55,358 bases of DNA, taken from NCBI GenBank assembly GCA_050486505.1, contig JBJHDK010000009.1, positions 1 to 55,358 on the forward strand. Reading direction: 5' to 3'. Under the pieces are notes generated by a model. The model worked only from the letters and a program-made list of their open reading frames with translations, had not been told where the DNA came from and did no database searches. Positions 20,757 to 31,298 of this stretch are shown piece by piece. Source of the DNA: Fibrobacteria bacterium (GTDB taxonomy: Bacteria; Fibrobacterota; Fibrobacteria; UBA11236). Numbering within the stretch: position 1 is the stretch's first letter; each line of letters starts with the position of its first letter. The translations under genes and the position numbers were made by a program.

Positions 20757-21949
20757 CACAGCCCCAGTTGGCTCCGCAGCGCGGACAGCGCATCGCCGGA
20801 ATAAGGCAGGGTCTCGACGAGGCGCGCCAGACGCCGCCTGCCGATGTCGTGGAGGCTGGCCTGCATGGGGCTCTCCCCGTTCAGGGACGGCTGCGCCATC
20901 TCGACCCACTCGCGCCAGTCTTCCGGGATCGGGAGCGTGGTCGCCGAAGGCGCCTCGGGATTCTTTTCTTCCGCCCCGGATCCGGTGTGGTCGGCAAGCC
21001 AGCGGAAGACATGCGAGCGATACGCCTGATCCATCAATGTGACGCGCAGGCCTCCGGGCTCCAGCTCGAGGCGTCCCAACGAAAGCGCCCGGTAGCGCAA
21101 CTCGAAGCGACCGCGCCCCAGCGAAAGCGCGCCTCCCGCCTCGAGTTGCCGCGCGACGTCGCCACCGGGAACAGGGAGCTGGAAGGACTGCGGCGTTGTC
21201 ATGGTACGGCCGGGAACCCCGACACGCGCATCGTAAACGGCCTCGCGCCACAACGCAAGAACCTGCGCGCCATGGCTTCGCCACTCCTCGCATTGCACGT
21301 CGGGCCTGAGTCCGCTCCCGGCCTTGACACCCAGGCGACGACACACCGCGCGCAACCGCTCGCCGATCAACGCCATTGATTCAAGCGGAAATGCCAGCAC
21401 GGCAGGATGGATCTGCTCTTCGCCGCGATACGGCAGGATGCGTCCCGCGAAGCTGTTTCCCGGCGGGGGGAGCTCTCCCCCGTGCGAAACCCGCCTGATC
21501 GATCCGGAATCCGCCATGCGCACATGTGCGTGGCTGTCGTCGGACTCAATAACATCCCACACCCACAACGGCGAGAGACTCCACTGCCGGAAATCGTTCG
21601 CCAACCTGAGGTTTTTCTCCTCGATGTCGCGGGCGGCGCGCAGAATGGGCCGCGCATCCGAAAACTGCACGGAGTAATCCCAAAAGAAGTTCGACATCAC
21701 CGCGCGCCCGTAGTCCGGATCGGCCATGAGAAGGTGATGGGGGTACTCTTCCTGGCTGAGCCTCTCCCAGTAAGCCTGGTAAAGGTTCCTCAGGGGGAAC
21801 AGGTACATGAACAACTCGTGCAGGTCATGACGGAAGGAAGCTCGCACGGAAACGGCCGCCCCTGTCGCACCGGCGAACCGTCCGCAGCACTCCGCGTAGG
21901 GCAGCGTGTTCCCGCAAATGCAGGAATTCTTGAGCTTGACCTCGTCCAT
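20756..21949 (-). CDS. SEC-C motif-containing protein
   Basis: N-terminal CICGNTLPYAECCG. C-terminal W..MAQPSLNGESP.QA....GRRRL. Confidence 0.75.
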   Translation of the reverse strand: MDEVKLKNSCICGNTLPYAECCGRFAGATGAAVSVRASFRHDLHELFMYLFPLRNLYQAYWERLSQEEYPHHLLMADPDYGRAVMSNFFWDYSVQFSDARPILRAARDIEEKNLRLANDFRQWSLSPLWVWDVIESDDSHAHVRMADSGSIRRVSHGGELPPPGNSFAGRILPYRGEEQIHPAVLAFPLESMALIGERLRAVCRRLGVKAGSGLRPDVQCEEWRSHGAQVLALWREAVYDARVGVPGRTMTTPQSFQLPVPGGDVARQLEAGGALSLGRGRFELRYRALSLGRLELEPGGLRVTLMDQAYRSHVFRWLADHTGSGAEEKNPEAPSATTLPIPEDWREWVEMAQPSLNGESPMQASLHDIGRRRLARLVETLPYSGDALSALRSQLGL

Positions 21950-21961
21950 GGGGAGGAAGAT

Positions 21962-22086
21962 AGTAGGTCGTTGTCAGTCGGTCGTCGATCGTCGGTCGTC
22001 GGCAGCAGGTGGCAAGGGACATCGAAACACGGCCCTGTGAAAACAGGTTTCATTGCACACTGCGCGCTGCTCATTGCCCACTGCCC
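21962..22086. repeat. Degenerate inverted heptamer-array element (GTCGTCG-like / TGCCCAC-like)
   Basis: 7-nt periodic left arm gtcgttgtcagtcggtcgtcgatcgtcggtcgtcggcag and right arm tgcacactgcgcgctgctcattgcccactgccc. Confidence 0.55.
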
Positions 22087-23430
22087 TCAACCTTCCCCGT
22101 CCTCTTCCCGTAACCGCGCCAGCTCCTCCAGGCCCCTGTAATGCCGGGCGAGCAAGGGGATCACCTCGCCGAGCATGTACAGGGATCCGCAGAACACGGC
22201 ATAATCGGCTCCGGCTCCATGGCGCAGCAGCGGGTCGAGCGCTTCATCATCCGGGCGAACGATGCGAATCGCAGCAGCATCTCCGATACGCCCCCGCAGC
22301 GCGGACGGCGCCAGCGCACGCGGAAACACTCCCGAAAGATCGACGAAGACGAGATCATTCGTAAACGATTGCAACGCCGCAAACATCGTGGCGATATCCT
22401 TGTCTTGCATCGCGGAGAAAAACACGCGCGGCCTTTGTCCTTGGCGCGCGCGGACGAGGTTGCGGCACAATGCTTCGATGCCGGCAGGATTGTGCGCACC
22501 GTCGAGCACGACGGGCAGCCGTTGGCCACCCTCATCGTTCGCCGCGGGGCGCAGCCATTGCATGCGCCCCGGCATGCGCGCGGCGAGCAAGGCGGGGAGC
22601 CACCGCTCCTCCCCGGGGAGGGCTTCCCCGAAAAACGATTCGAGCGCCAACACGGACAAGGCGGCGTTGCGGAATTGCCAATCCGCGGAGCGCAGGTCGG
22701 CCGGAAGCGCATAATTGCGGAAGCGTCCGCGCAGCATCCATCCTTCCGGCCCCGGATGCAACCGTCCTTCGAGATTCACGCACGGGGAGCCTGCCTCGTG
22801 CGCGACGCCTTCCGCAACGCGCGCCAGCGCAGGGTCAGCGGCATCGATGACGAGTGGCACGCCGGGCTTGACGATTCCCAGTTTTTCCCGCAGGATGGCT
22901 TCCAGGGTGTTCCCGAGAATATCCGTATGATCCAAGGATACCGGCGTGATCACCGAGACCCGCGGCGTGACGACGTTGGTGGCATCGAGCCGGCCGCCGA
23001 GTCCGGTTTCGAGTACAGCCGCCCCGCACTCCCGCTCGCGGAACCACGACAGGGCCATGCCCGTCACGCATTCGAAGTACGTCGGATTCAACTCCTCCAG
23101 CGCATCCCACGCATCGTGCATCCATTCCCGCACGGCGCGCGCGGGAATCGCCTCGCCATCGACACGGATGCGCTCGCGAAAGCTGACAAGATGTGGTGAG
23201 GTGTACAGCCCGACCCTGGGGACGCCAAGCGCGCGCAGCATGGCAGCGAGGTTGACGCAGACGCTTCCCTTGCCATTGGTGCCCGCGACATGGAGCAGGG
23301 GGAGCCCGCGATCGGGATGATCGAGGGCGGCGAACAGCTTGCGGGGGTTCTCGAGGCCCAACTTGACGGCGAACTGGTTGCGGGCGTACAACCAGCGAAT
23401 CGATTCGGAGTAATTACCGGGAGGAGACAC
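22087..23430 (-). CDS. folC: Folylpolyglutamate synthase/dihydrofolate synthase
   Basis: HVAGTNGKGS, YTSPHL, ETGLGGRLDATN, LDGAHNP, CGSLY. Confidence 0.95.
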   Translation of the reverse strand: MSPPGNYSESIRWLYARNQFAVKLGLENPRKLFAALDHPDRGLPLLHVAGTNGKGSVCVNLAAMLRALGVPRVGLYTSPHLVSFRERIRVDGEAIPARAVREWMHDAWDALEELNPTYFECVTGMALSWFRERECGAAVLETGLGGRLDATNVVTPRVSVITPVSLDHTDILGNTLEAILREKLGIVKPGVPLVIDAADPALARVAEGVAHEAGSPCVNLEGRLHPGPEGWMLRGRFRNYALPADLRSADWQFRNAALSVLALESFFGEALPGEERWLPALLAARMPGRMQWLRPAANDEGGQRLPVVLDGAHNPAGIEALCRNLVRARQGQRPRVFFSAMQDKDIATMFAALQSFTNDLVFVDLSGVFPRALAPSALRGRIGDAAAIRIVRPDDEALDPLLRHGAGADYAVFCGSLYMLGEVIPLLARHYRGLEELARLREEDGEG

Positions 23431-23433
23431 GGG

Positions 23434-23572
23434 GAATTACGAGTTACGAGTTACGAGTTATGAGTTCAGGGGGGCGACAGGAAGACGGATTTCCGGAAAC
23501 TTCTGTCGACGTGAGGCACGCTGCTTCACACATTCTTTTTGGGTTCAATTCGTAATTCGTAACTCGTAATTC
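23434..23572. repeat. Inverted heptamer-array element (GTTACGA/ATTACGA)
   Basis: Left gaattacgagttacgagttacgagttatgag and right gttcaattcgtaattcgtaactcgtaattc, between accD and folC. Confidence 0.9.
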
Positions 23573-24418
23573 TCAACTCTTCCTGTACGTGTGTCCCAAC
23601 ACCTTCGCAATGGTGGCCTTGAGTTCATGACGCGGCGCAATGAGATCCACGAACCCTTTCTCAAGCAGGAACTCCGCGCGCTGGAATCCCGGGGGAAGCT
23701 GCTGGCGGATGGTCTCGCGGATCACGCGTTCTCCCGCGAAGCCGATCAGTGATCCGGGCTCCGCGATATGGAAATCGCCGAGCATGGCGAAACTCGCGGT
23801 GACGCCGCCCATCGTGGGATTGGTCAATACCGAAACATAGGGGATGCCCGCGTCGCGCAAGCGGGCGATTTCCGCGGAAGTGCTCGCCATCTGCATCAGG
23901 GAAAGCACGCCTTCCTGCATGCGCGCACCTCCGGAGGCAGAAACGATCACGGCAGGGACCCGCATTTGAAGGGCGCGACGCAGCACGCGGGCCAGCTTCT
24001 CTCCCTCGACCGAACCCATGGATCCGCCGATGAAACGGAAATCCATCACTCCCAAGGACACCGGAATGCCTTCGATCGTCCCCGTCCCTGAGACGACGCC
24101 GGAGGTCACCCCCGTCTTCTTCTCCGCTTCCGAGAGACTGTCCTTGTACTTCTTTTTCGCCGAGAACTTTAGCGGATCGACCGAACGCAAGGTCGTGTCA
24201 CCCGGAGTCCACGACCCTTCATCGACGAGAATCCTGACGTATTCATCCGCACCGATCCGAAAGTGATGCCCGCAGTGTTCGCAAACATGCAGGTGCTGCG
24301 CGAGATCCTTGCGGTACAGGACTTCCTTGCATCCATCGCATTTGACCCAGAGGTTAACCGGCGTATCCTTTTTGATCAGGGTACCGATTCCCGATTTTGC
24401 CTTGCGGAACCATTCCAT
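23573..24418 (-). CDS. accD: Acetyl-CoA carboxylase carboxyltransferase beta subunit
   Basis: WVKCDGC..VCEHC zinc finger, FIGGSMGS, SGGARMQEG, GGVTASFA, FQRAEFLL. Confidence 0.96.
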   Translation of the reverse strand: MEWFRKAKSGIGTLIKKDTPVNLWVKCDGCKEVLYRKDLAQHLHVCEHCGHHFRIGADEYVRILVDEGSWTPGDTTLRSVDPLKFSAKKKYKDSLSEAEKKTGVTSGVVSGTGTIEGIPVSLGVMDFRFIGGSMGSVEGEKLARVLRRALQMRVPAVIVSASGGARMQEGVLSLMQMASTSAEIARLRDAGIPYVSVLTNPTMGGVTASFAMLGDFHIAEPGSLIGFAGERVIRETIRQQLPPGFQRAEFLLEKGFVDLIAPRHELKATIAKVLGHTYRKS

Positions 24419-24488
24419 GGAGTTATTTGTCCTTTTTCGCGCGGAATCCGCAAGATAGCCTTTGCCGGGGGTGGTGTCCAGCGAGGTC

Positions 24489-25067
24489 TCACGCAGCCGG
24501 TGCGGCCGTCGCTCCACGCTCGGAAACGTCTTGAATGCTCCAATAGATGTAAGCGCGCCACGACTCGGGCAACGGCCTGAAGCAAAGTTTTTCAACGATG
24601 TTGCGTGGAGCCGCGTGCGTGAGCCGGGGCGTGAATGGGGGCCGGATGGGTTCCAGTTCTCCCGCCCGGGGGCGCCGGTTTCCCTTGCGACTGTTGCAGG
24701 GCATGCAGGCCGAGACCGTGTTGTCCCAGGAAGTCACACCCCCGAGGCTGCGGGGGTAGACGTGATCGATGGTGAAGCTCGAAAACGATACGGACTGGCC
24801 GCAATATGCGCAGCGCCCGCCATCGCGACCGTAAAGGTTGCGGCGGGTGAAAGGCAATTCACGAGTGAAGTTCCGGGGCGACACCGGACCATCGAGGCAT
24901 TGCAGCACGCTGGGCACCTCGACGCACAGGCGCGGAGAGCGCACGTAACGCCCCTCATGCACGGCGATCACCTCGGCACGCCCCAGCGCCCACAAGGTGA
25001 TCGCCTTCTTCCAGGAGACGATATCGATGGGAACACCCGCCCTGTTCAGGGCCAATGCATCGAGCAT
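24489..25067 (-). CDS. HNH endonuclease (McrA-like)
   Basis: FTRRNLYGRDGGRCAYCG, TIDHVYPRSLGG, WDNTVSACMPCNSRKG. Confidence 0.9.
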   Translation of the reverse strand: MLDALALNRAGVPIDIVSWKKAITLWALGRAEVIAVHEGRYVRSPRLCVEVPSVLQCLDGPVSPRNFTRELPFTRRNLYGRDGGRCAYCGQSVSFSSFTIDHVYPRSLGGVTSWDNTVSACMPCNSRKGNRRPRAGELEPIRPPFTPRLTHAAPRNIVEKLCFRPLPESWRAYIYWSIQDVSERGATAAPAA

Positions 25068-25124
25068 GCCAACCCCCGAGGAACGCACGTATAGTAGCAA
25101 CGCGCTGCGGGACGCGGCAAAAAG

Positions 25125-25156
25125 AAAGGGTTCGCGGCAATGCCGCGAACCCTTTC
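25125..25156 (-). terminator. Intrinsic terminator after the MFS gene
   Basis: aaagggttcgcggc-aat-gccgcgaaccctt hairpin, with an A-tract on the + strand that reads as a U-tail on the minus strand. Confidence 0.7.
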
Positions 25157-25174
25157 ACCGGAAACTTCCGGAAC

Positions 25175-26722
25175 TCAGTGGCCTGCGTCTCGGGACCCGC
25201 CGAAGCCGGGATCGAGTTTCACGACCGTGTACCCGCCTTGCGAGCGGAAGTACAGGATGAGAAGCAGGTAGGAAATCAGCATCAGGAGAGGCAGGATGGC
25301 GACCGTTGCAAGAGCGGTCTTCTTCGCTTCCTCCTGGACCTGACGGATCACGGCGACATCTTCCGCCGGAGCCTGGGCGAGAGCCGCTTGATCCACTGCC
25401 ATGTAAGGACCAAGCACGCTGAAGCGGGAATCGGTCACGTACGTGGAGTGCAGCGCGGTGTTGTTCTCAAGGTCGTACCGCAGGATTTCCTTGTCGGCTG
25501 CACGATCCTGGGAAAGACCAAGGAACACGGCACCGATCACGCCGGCGCTGAGCATGCCGAGACCGGCGATGGCATTCAGGGTCAACGCGCCACCCTTGGG
25601 GAAGCGTTCGGCCACGACGCCGAGCATGGTGGGCCAGAAGTAGCTCTTGGCGATGCCGTACAGCGTCGCCGCGAGCAGAATCGCGAAGCCGGCCTGCGCG
25701 GCGGAGAGCCAGAAGAGGCCGATGGCGGCGAGACCCGAGCAGATCGCGAGGAGTCCCAGCGGGGTGAAGGCCTTCACGACCGGACCTGCGTAGAAGCGCA
25801 GGATCACCATGATGATCGAGGTGTACACGATCACCCAACCTGCGTGCAGGCCGATCAGCTTCATCACAGGGCCCATGAGCTCCGTGATCCAGCCGTCGGT
25901 GCCCAGCTCGGTGATTGCGAGCGGGATCATGATGAGCAACAGGATCGTGAAAAGGATGCGACCGAAGGAACGCACGTAGGCCCAGAAGACGCCGGTGGTC
26001 ACAACGATGAGAGCCCAAACAAGCACCAGCGACAGGTCGAAGACGCGTCCGATCTCCATGTAAATCAGGTAGGAGACGATGAACACGCCCACGGCGCCCA
26101 TTTCGGCCAGCATGTCCTTGTAGGGGACGCCGGCCGCAACGCGCTCGTTCACGGGGAACTTGAGGGCGAGGGTCCAGACACCGTAAATGACGGTCGGGAT
26201 AAGCATCAACAGCATGCGGGTCTGCCAGGTCGCGTCAGCCAAGGCGATCATGATGATGCCCGCGAGCGCGAGACCACCCGGCCAGCCGGCATGGAGGATG
26301 TTCAGCCACTTCGTCTTGCTTTCCTTGAACATCGTGGCAACGACCGGGTTGATCACGGCCTCCACGGTTCCCGCGGCGATGGCGGCGATGAAGGTCGCCC
26401 AGTACAGGCCCCAGTAGTCGGAGGCTGCGATCGTCAGCAAAACCGAGGAGAAATGGCAGGCGAATGCGATCAGCATCGAAACCTTGTAACCGATCTTGTC
26501 GATCACAAGGGAGAAGAGAACGATCGAGATGGCGAACGGCCAGACGCCCACACCGAGAATTTCGCCCTGCTGGGTGGCGGTCAAGCCAAATTCGGTACCC
26601 CAGTCACCGATGGAGAACGCACGGATGATGAAACCGAACGACGTGGTCACAAGGGCGATGAAGCAGCACCAAAACAGCTTCATGTCCGGTGCGTCGTGTG
26701 CCTGAGTCTGCGATGCAGTCAT
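25175..26722 (-). CDS. MFS transporter
   Basis: ~12 TM segments, IDKIGYK, EAVINP, HAGWPGG, FWPTMLGVVAERFPKGG. GGAGG RBS. Confidence 0.9.
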   Translation of the reverse strand: MTASQTQAHDAPDMKLFWCCFIALVTTSFGFIIRAFSIGDWGTEFGLTATQQGEILGVGVWPFAISIVLFSLVIDKIGYKVSMLIAFACHFSSVLLTIAASDYWGLYWATFIAAIAAGTVEAVINPVVATMFKESKTKWLNILHAGWPGGLALAGIIMIALADATWQTRMLLMLIPTVIYGVWTLALKFPVNERVAAGVPYKDMLAEMGAVGVFIVSYLIYMEIGRVFDLSLVLVWALIVVTTGVFWAYVRSFGRILFTILLLIMIPLAITELGTDGWITELMGPVMKLIGLHAGWVIVYTSIIMVILRFYAGPVVKAFTPLGLLAICSGLAAIGLFWLSAAQAGFAILLAATLYGIAKSYFWPTMLGVVAERFPKGGALTLNAIAGLGMLSAGVIGAVFLGLSQDRAADKEILRYDLENNTALHSTYVTDSRFSVLGPYMAVDQAALAQAPAEDVAVIRQVQEEAKKTALATVAILPLLMLISYLLLILYFRSQGGYTVVKLDPGFGGSRDAGH

Positions 26723-26897
26723 TTTCCCTCCTTGGGGGTAAAAAATGGAAGCCCTAATCTACCGCGATTCAAATTTGGCGGGGCATGTTTTTTTGATTTT
26801 TTAGAGAATTTTTTGCGATTTATTCGATTTTTTCAACATCGTGTAAACAATTCGTCAACAATTCGCCCAAAAGCTGGCGAGTTTTGACGACGAATTG

Positions 26898-27713
26898 TCA
26901 ATCCGCCCACTCGACCCAGCCCCCCCATGCGGTGATGACGACAATCAGGCCGAAGATGATGCGGTACCACGCAAAAGGGACAAAGCTGTGTGAAGCGACA
27001 TATCGCAGCAGCCAACGCACGCACACCCAGGCCGCGAGAAAGGAAAACAGGAATCCTGCGGCGAACATGGGCAAATCAGCGAATTGGAAGAGCGTCCGTT
27101 CTTTGTAAAGACTGTACGCTCCCGCTGCGACGAGGACCGGCAAGGCCAGGAAAAAGCTGAATTCGGTGGATGCCTTGCGGGATAACCCGACAAGCATGCC
27201 GCCGATGATGGTCGCCCCTGCGCGGCTGGTGCCCGGAATCAGGGCAATGCATTGAATCAGCCCGATTTTGAAAGCATCCGTCGGCCGGATCTGGTCGAGA
27301 TCGAGAATCCTGGGGGGAACGGCCTTTTGGCGGCGTTCGGCCCAGATGATGATCAAGCCGCCGAGCACCAGCGTGGTCACCACCACCGGAGGGTTGAACA
27401 AAGCGCCCTGGATCATGGAACCGAACAATCCACCGATCAGGATGACGGGCACGAATGCCACCAGTACATTCAATGCAAAACGACGGGACCCCTCATGCGT
27501 TCCGAAGGTTCGCGCAGTCTGCCAAAGCTTGCCCCAGAAAATTCCGACGACGGCAAAAATGGACCCTGTTTGAATGGCCGTGTGAAAAACGTTTGCCTTC
27601 TCGCCCGTGAAACCGAGCAGGGTCCCCGCCAGGATCAGGTGCCCGGTAGAAGATACCGGAATGAATTCGGTCAGTCCCTGGACAATGCCCAGGAGAATCG
27701 CAGTCATCAACAT
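26898..27713 (-). CDS. uppP: Undecaprenyl-diphosphate phosphatase
   Basis: [40 protein letters not shown]. Confidence 0.95.
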   Translation of the reverse strand: MLMTAILLGIVQGLTEFIPVSSTGHLILAGTLLGFTGEKANVFHTAIQTGSIFAVVGIFWGKLWQTARTFGTHEGSRRFALNVLVAFVPVILIGGLFGSMIQGALFNPPVVVTTLVLGGLIIIWAERRQKAVPPRILDLDQIRPTDAFKIGLIQCIALIPGTSRAGATIIGGMLVGLSRKASTEFSFFLALPVLVAAGAYSLYKERTLFQFADLPMFAAGFLFSFLAAWVCVRWLLRYVASHSFVPFAWYRIIFGLIVVITAWGGWVEWAD

Positions 27714-27748
27714 GGGGGCTGAAAGTAGTAGCTGACCGCCCGAAGCGG

Positions 27749-28738
27749 TCAATCCCCGTGCGAGAACCCGCGCGGTTCGAGTTGGCTGGAATACCCCCCC
27801 TCCCGCAGCAGCACCCCTTCGCCCGGCTCCACGATTCCGATTTCATGCAGCGGGGCCACGGCCTCAAGGCGCGCAAGCGTCGCAACGTCAAAATCTCCGG
27901 TAAAAAGAAGCTGATAATCCTCGCCGCCGTGCAGAGCGAAATCACGTGCCCCCGGATCCCCTGTTTCCCGCAATGCCGAGTGCATCGGAATGCGTTCAGC
28001 ATCAAGATGCAAGGCGCAGCCCGAACGGCGGGCAAGATGCCAAGCCTCCGAAGAAAGTCCGTCGCTGATGTCAATTGCAGCGACGGGGTTCCCAAGCGAG
28101 GCGAGAACGGGACCCAGGGCGAGTGGGGGGAGCGGTGCCAAATGCGACTCGATCAGGGTCTTCTCCGCAGGGCCGCGCCCGGAACGCTCGCTCCCGAGCA
28201 GGGCGAGGCCCGCGGCGGATCCCCCCAATTCGCCGCTCACGTAAACCTTCTGGCCAGGACGACAGGCGCTGCGCAGTAACGGTAACCCGACGACCGTTCC
28301 AAGAACCGTGAACGCAAAGAACGCAGGACCGGCAACGGTTACGGAGTCCCCCCCCACGACCCGAAAACCATACTCCGCTTCCATGGCTTGCAATTCCCGC
28401 CCCAATGCCTCGTAAACTTCATCGCCCCAGGCGGAATTCGCGCCGAGGTTGAAATACACCTGGCGCGCCGTGCCCCCCATCGCATTGATGTCGGACAGAT
28501 TGGCGATGAGTGCCTTGCGCAGCGCGCGGGCGGGAGTGGTCCAGTCGAGGCGGAAATGGGTGCCTTCGCTGCTTGCATCCGCGGTACCGACCCAAATGTT
28601 TCCCGGCGATGGTTCCCAAACGAAGGCGTCATCGCCAAGCCCGCGCGCGTCGGGGGAAAAGTGACCGGGGGGGAACATGCGCTCAATGCGCGAAAACTCG
28701 TGACCTGGCGCAAAGTGGCGGTTCTTCTGGCGTTTCAC
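27749..28738 (-). CDS. thiL: Thiamine-phosphate kinase (start uncertain; GTG 28738 chosen)
   Basis: [47 protein letters not shown]. Confidence 0.93.
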   Translation of the reverse strand: MKRQKNRHFAPGHEFSRIERMFPPGHFSPDARGLGDDAFVWEPSPGNIWVGTADASSEGTHFRLDWTTPARALRKALIANLSDINAMGGTARQVYFNLGANSAWGDEVYEALGRELQAMEAEYGFRVVGGDSVTVAGPAFFAFTVLGTVVGLPLLRSACRPGQKVYVSGELGGSAAGLALLGSERSGRGPAEKTLIESHLAPLPPLALGPVLASLGNPVAAIDISDGLSSEAWHLARRSGCALHLDAERIPMHSALRETGDPGARDFALHGGEDYQLLFTGDFDVATLARLEAVAPLHEIGIVEPGEGVLLREGGYSSQLEPRGFSHGD

Positions 28739-28838
28739 GCAGATAAAGCTAGACACCGGCGTGCGCGCCCGATGCGCGGCGATGCTTGACCTCGAAGCAA
28801 AAAAAGCTAAATCTCGCCTGCTTTTCCGGGACATCTTC

Positions 28839-29027
28839 ATGGATTCAACGCACATCGTCATCGATCCCGCCGTCTGCAACGGCAAACCGCATGTCAAAGG
28901 CACGCGCCTGACCGTGGAATTGCTTCAGGGGTTGCACGCCACGGGTTGGAGCCGCGACAACATTCTGGCGATCTACCCTTACCTCGGCGAAGCGGAAGTC
29001 GACGAGGCGCTGGCGTACAAGGCCTGA
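28839..29027 (+). CDS. DUF433 protein (putative antitoxin-type HTH)
   Basis: IVIDPAVCNGKPHVKGTRLTV..ILAIYPYL...VDEALAY. Confidence 0.88.
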   Translation: MDSTHIVIDPAVCNGKPHVKGTRLTVELLQGLHATGWSRDNILAIYPYLGEAEVDEALAYKA

Positions 29028-29219
29028 CTCCGGGCCGCCGCCCGCGTTACGCCGAGGCTAGCAGAACTTCATGCCGAGTGCATTTTTGCCCGGATACTAC
29101 AAGAACTTTTCTTGCTGATTGCCGTTTTCTCGGTGAGAAAAACGTCGGGCTGCGGTAAGTTTAAGCTTCGACGCGCCCGTGCCGGCGCAACATTTCGAGA
29201 TCGTTTTCAGGAGGTCTTC

Positions 29220-31133
29220 ATGTCCCGATTGCAGGCGCCCGCCGCCACAGCATTGCTCTCCGCGTTCGCCCTCGGCGGCGCACTCACCCAAACGGCGACC
29301 GCCCAGAGCTGTCCCATGCCGACTGCGGCGGATTTCAACGTCGTGACATTGGCCGACAACGCCACGCAGGATCTTTACGGCGGCGGACGCGAGTCGGGCA
29401 ATTACGGCGTAGTACAAATCGCCGTCGCGAACGACGGCAAGGTGTTCATCGCAAAGATGTGCTCCGGCGACATCCAGGTGTACACCCCGTCCGGAGCGAA
29501 CCCTTCCCCCACCGTGCGGGCAGGCACCGTTCCCACCAGCTGCAACAACGAGGACGGGTTGCTCGGCATCGTCCTCGACCCCGACTTCGCGACGAACGGC
29601 TGGATTTATGCGTTCCACACCGACGCGGCTTCGGAGAACTTCTCGAACACCGCTTTGCGGAACACCGATGCGCGTGCGCACCTGCTGACGCGTTACACCT
29701 ACGTCCACACCGCCAGCGAGGGGAACCGCCTGACCAACCCCAAAACCATTCTGCGCATGCCGCGGATTCTGGATGATCGCCCCTACCATGCCGCAGGCGG
29801 CCTCGACATCACCTCCGACGGCATCCTCGTCATCGGCACGGGTGACGACACCAACCCCCACAGCGGAGGTTCGCATTGCCCGCAGAACGCGGGCTTCGGT
29901 CCGACCTGGTACAATGATCCTGGCTGCGATGCGCAAAAGACCTCGGGGAACTCCAACGATTTGCGCGGCAAATTGCTGCGCATCAAAACCATCTCCTTCC
30001 CCGACAGCGTGACCCCGGAACCCGGAATCGGAACGACCTACGACATCCCGGCGGGGAACCTCTGGGAATACATCGACAAGCCCGAGTTCAACCCCAACTG
30101 GAACTCCGCGCAGGACAGCATCCACTTGGTGCGCAAGGAGATCTACTCCATGGGGCACCGCAACCCCTACCACCCGCGCATCGATGCGCGTTCAGGCTGG
30201 ATCTTTACCGGCGAGGTGGGCCCCGACGCACGACAAAACAACGTGAACCGCGGCCCCCACGGCATGGAGGAGTGGAACCTGGCCACCGGCCCCGGCTTCT
30301 ACGGCCACCCCTACTGCATGGGCCCCAACATCGGCTGGAATGCCCTGACCGGGGTCAGTGGCAGCACCGGCATCTACGGCGACCCCTACAACTGCGCCGC
30401 CGTGCAAAATACCTCGCCGAACAACACCGGCATCCGCAACCTGCCCCCGGCAACCGTCGCTTCGCTCTACTATTCGAGCGTGAGTGGCACCGGTGACAAC
30501 TACCGCATCGGCTTCACCAACGCTCGCACCGCCGTGGGCGGCCCCATGTATCGCTACGACGCTGCACTTGCCTCCCCCGTCAAGTTTCCCCCGCAGTACG
30601 AAGGCAAGGTCTTCTTCTTCGACTGGGCAAACACGAACAAAGCCTCGTTCCGCATCATCACGCTGAACCCTGACGGCAGCATCGACAGCGGCAGTGCCGC
30701 CGTCGTCGCCTTCCCGGGCGCGACAGGGCTGCCCAACGGCAACTACATCGACATGCGTTTCGGTCCCGACGGGGCGATGTACGTGCTGAAGAACAGCAAC
30801 GGAAGCTATGCGAATTTCAACCAGGCGTCCCTTTACCGCATCGAGTATACCGGAGCCATCGACAACAGCTGCTACACACCCTTTGTGCACACCGTCGGGC
30901 CGCCGGCCTCAATCCACGCGCAGGACATGCGCCCGGCAATGCGCGCGCTCGTCGCACCCATGATCACCAACGGTGTGCTGACCATGCCGGCAGGCTACCG
31001 TGTTGCGGACCTCTACGACCTTCAGGGCCGCAAGATCTGGTCCTACCGTCGCGAGAACAGCCTGCATGCGGAGACGATCAGGCTTCCCGCGCAATATTCC
31101 TCGTTGATGCTGCACGCGCGCCTCACTCCCTAA
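29220..31133 (+). CDS. Secreted PQQ-dependent sugar dehydrogenase-like (glucose/sorbosone DH family) protein, paralog 1
   Basis: Signal peptide then AQ-SCP, EDGLLGIVLDPDF, HAAGGL, GTGD, NDLRGKLLRI, GHRNPY, FGPDGAMY. C-terminal LYDLQGRKIW domain. Confidence 0.88.
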   Translation: MSRLQAPAATALLSAFALGGALTQTATAQSCPMPTAADFNVVTLADNATQDLYGGGRESGNYGVVQIAVANDGKVFIAKMCSGDIQVYTPSGANPSPTVRAGTVPTSCNNEDGLLGIVLDPDFATNGWIYAFHTDAASENFSNTALRNTDARAHLLTRYTYVHTASEGNRLTNPKTILRMPRILDDRPYHAAGGLDITSDGILVIGTGDDTNPHSGGSHCPQNAGFGPTWYNDPGCDAQKTSGNSNDLRGKLLRIKTISFPDSVTPEPGIGTTYDIPAGNLWEYIDKPEFNPNWNSAQDSIHLVRKEIYSMGHRNPYHPRIDARSGWIFTGEVGPDARQNNVNRGPHGMEEWNLATGPGFYGHPYCMGPNIGWNALTGVSGSTGIYGDPYNCAAVQNTSPNNTGIRNLPPATVASLYYSSVSGTGDNYRIGFTNARTAVGGPMYRYDAALASPVKFPPQYEGKVFFFDWANTNKASFRIITLNPDGSIDSGSAAVVAFPGATGLPNGNYIDMRFGPDGAMYVLKNSNGSYANFNQASLYRIEYTGAIDNSCYTPFVHTVGPPASIHAQDMRPAMRALVAPMITNGVLTMPAGYRVADLYDLQGRKIWSYRRENSLHAETIRLPAQYSSLMLHARLTP

Positions 31134-31151
31134 AACCGGTCGCGAACTTTG

Positions 31152-31187
31152 AAAGAGCCTCTGCCGCACACGGCGGAGGCTCTTTTT
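31152..31187 (+). terminator. Intrinsic terminator
   Basis: aaagagcctctgccg-caca-cggcggaggctcttttt. Confidence 0.85.
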
Positions 31188-31298
31188 GTTTCTCGTCCAA
31201 CATGTCGGAAATACGTAAGAGACATTGACAGGAGATTGAAAACACGGAATCCGGATGCGGCCTTAAATTGTAAAGAGACCCAGACGAAGGAAATACCA

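Noticed and set aside
24489..25067. HNH gene as a homing/mobile element or as the enzyme for the repeat families
   Set aside because: It is a common stand-alone McrA-like type with no intron, flanking repeats or adjacent repeat copy. The sequence gives no evidence of a link.
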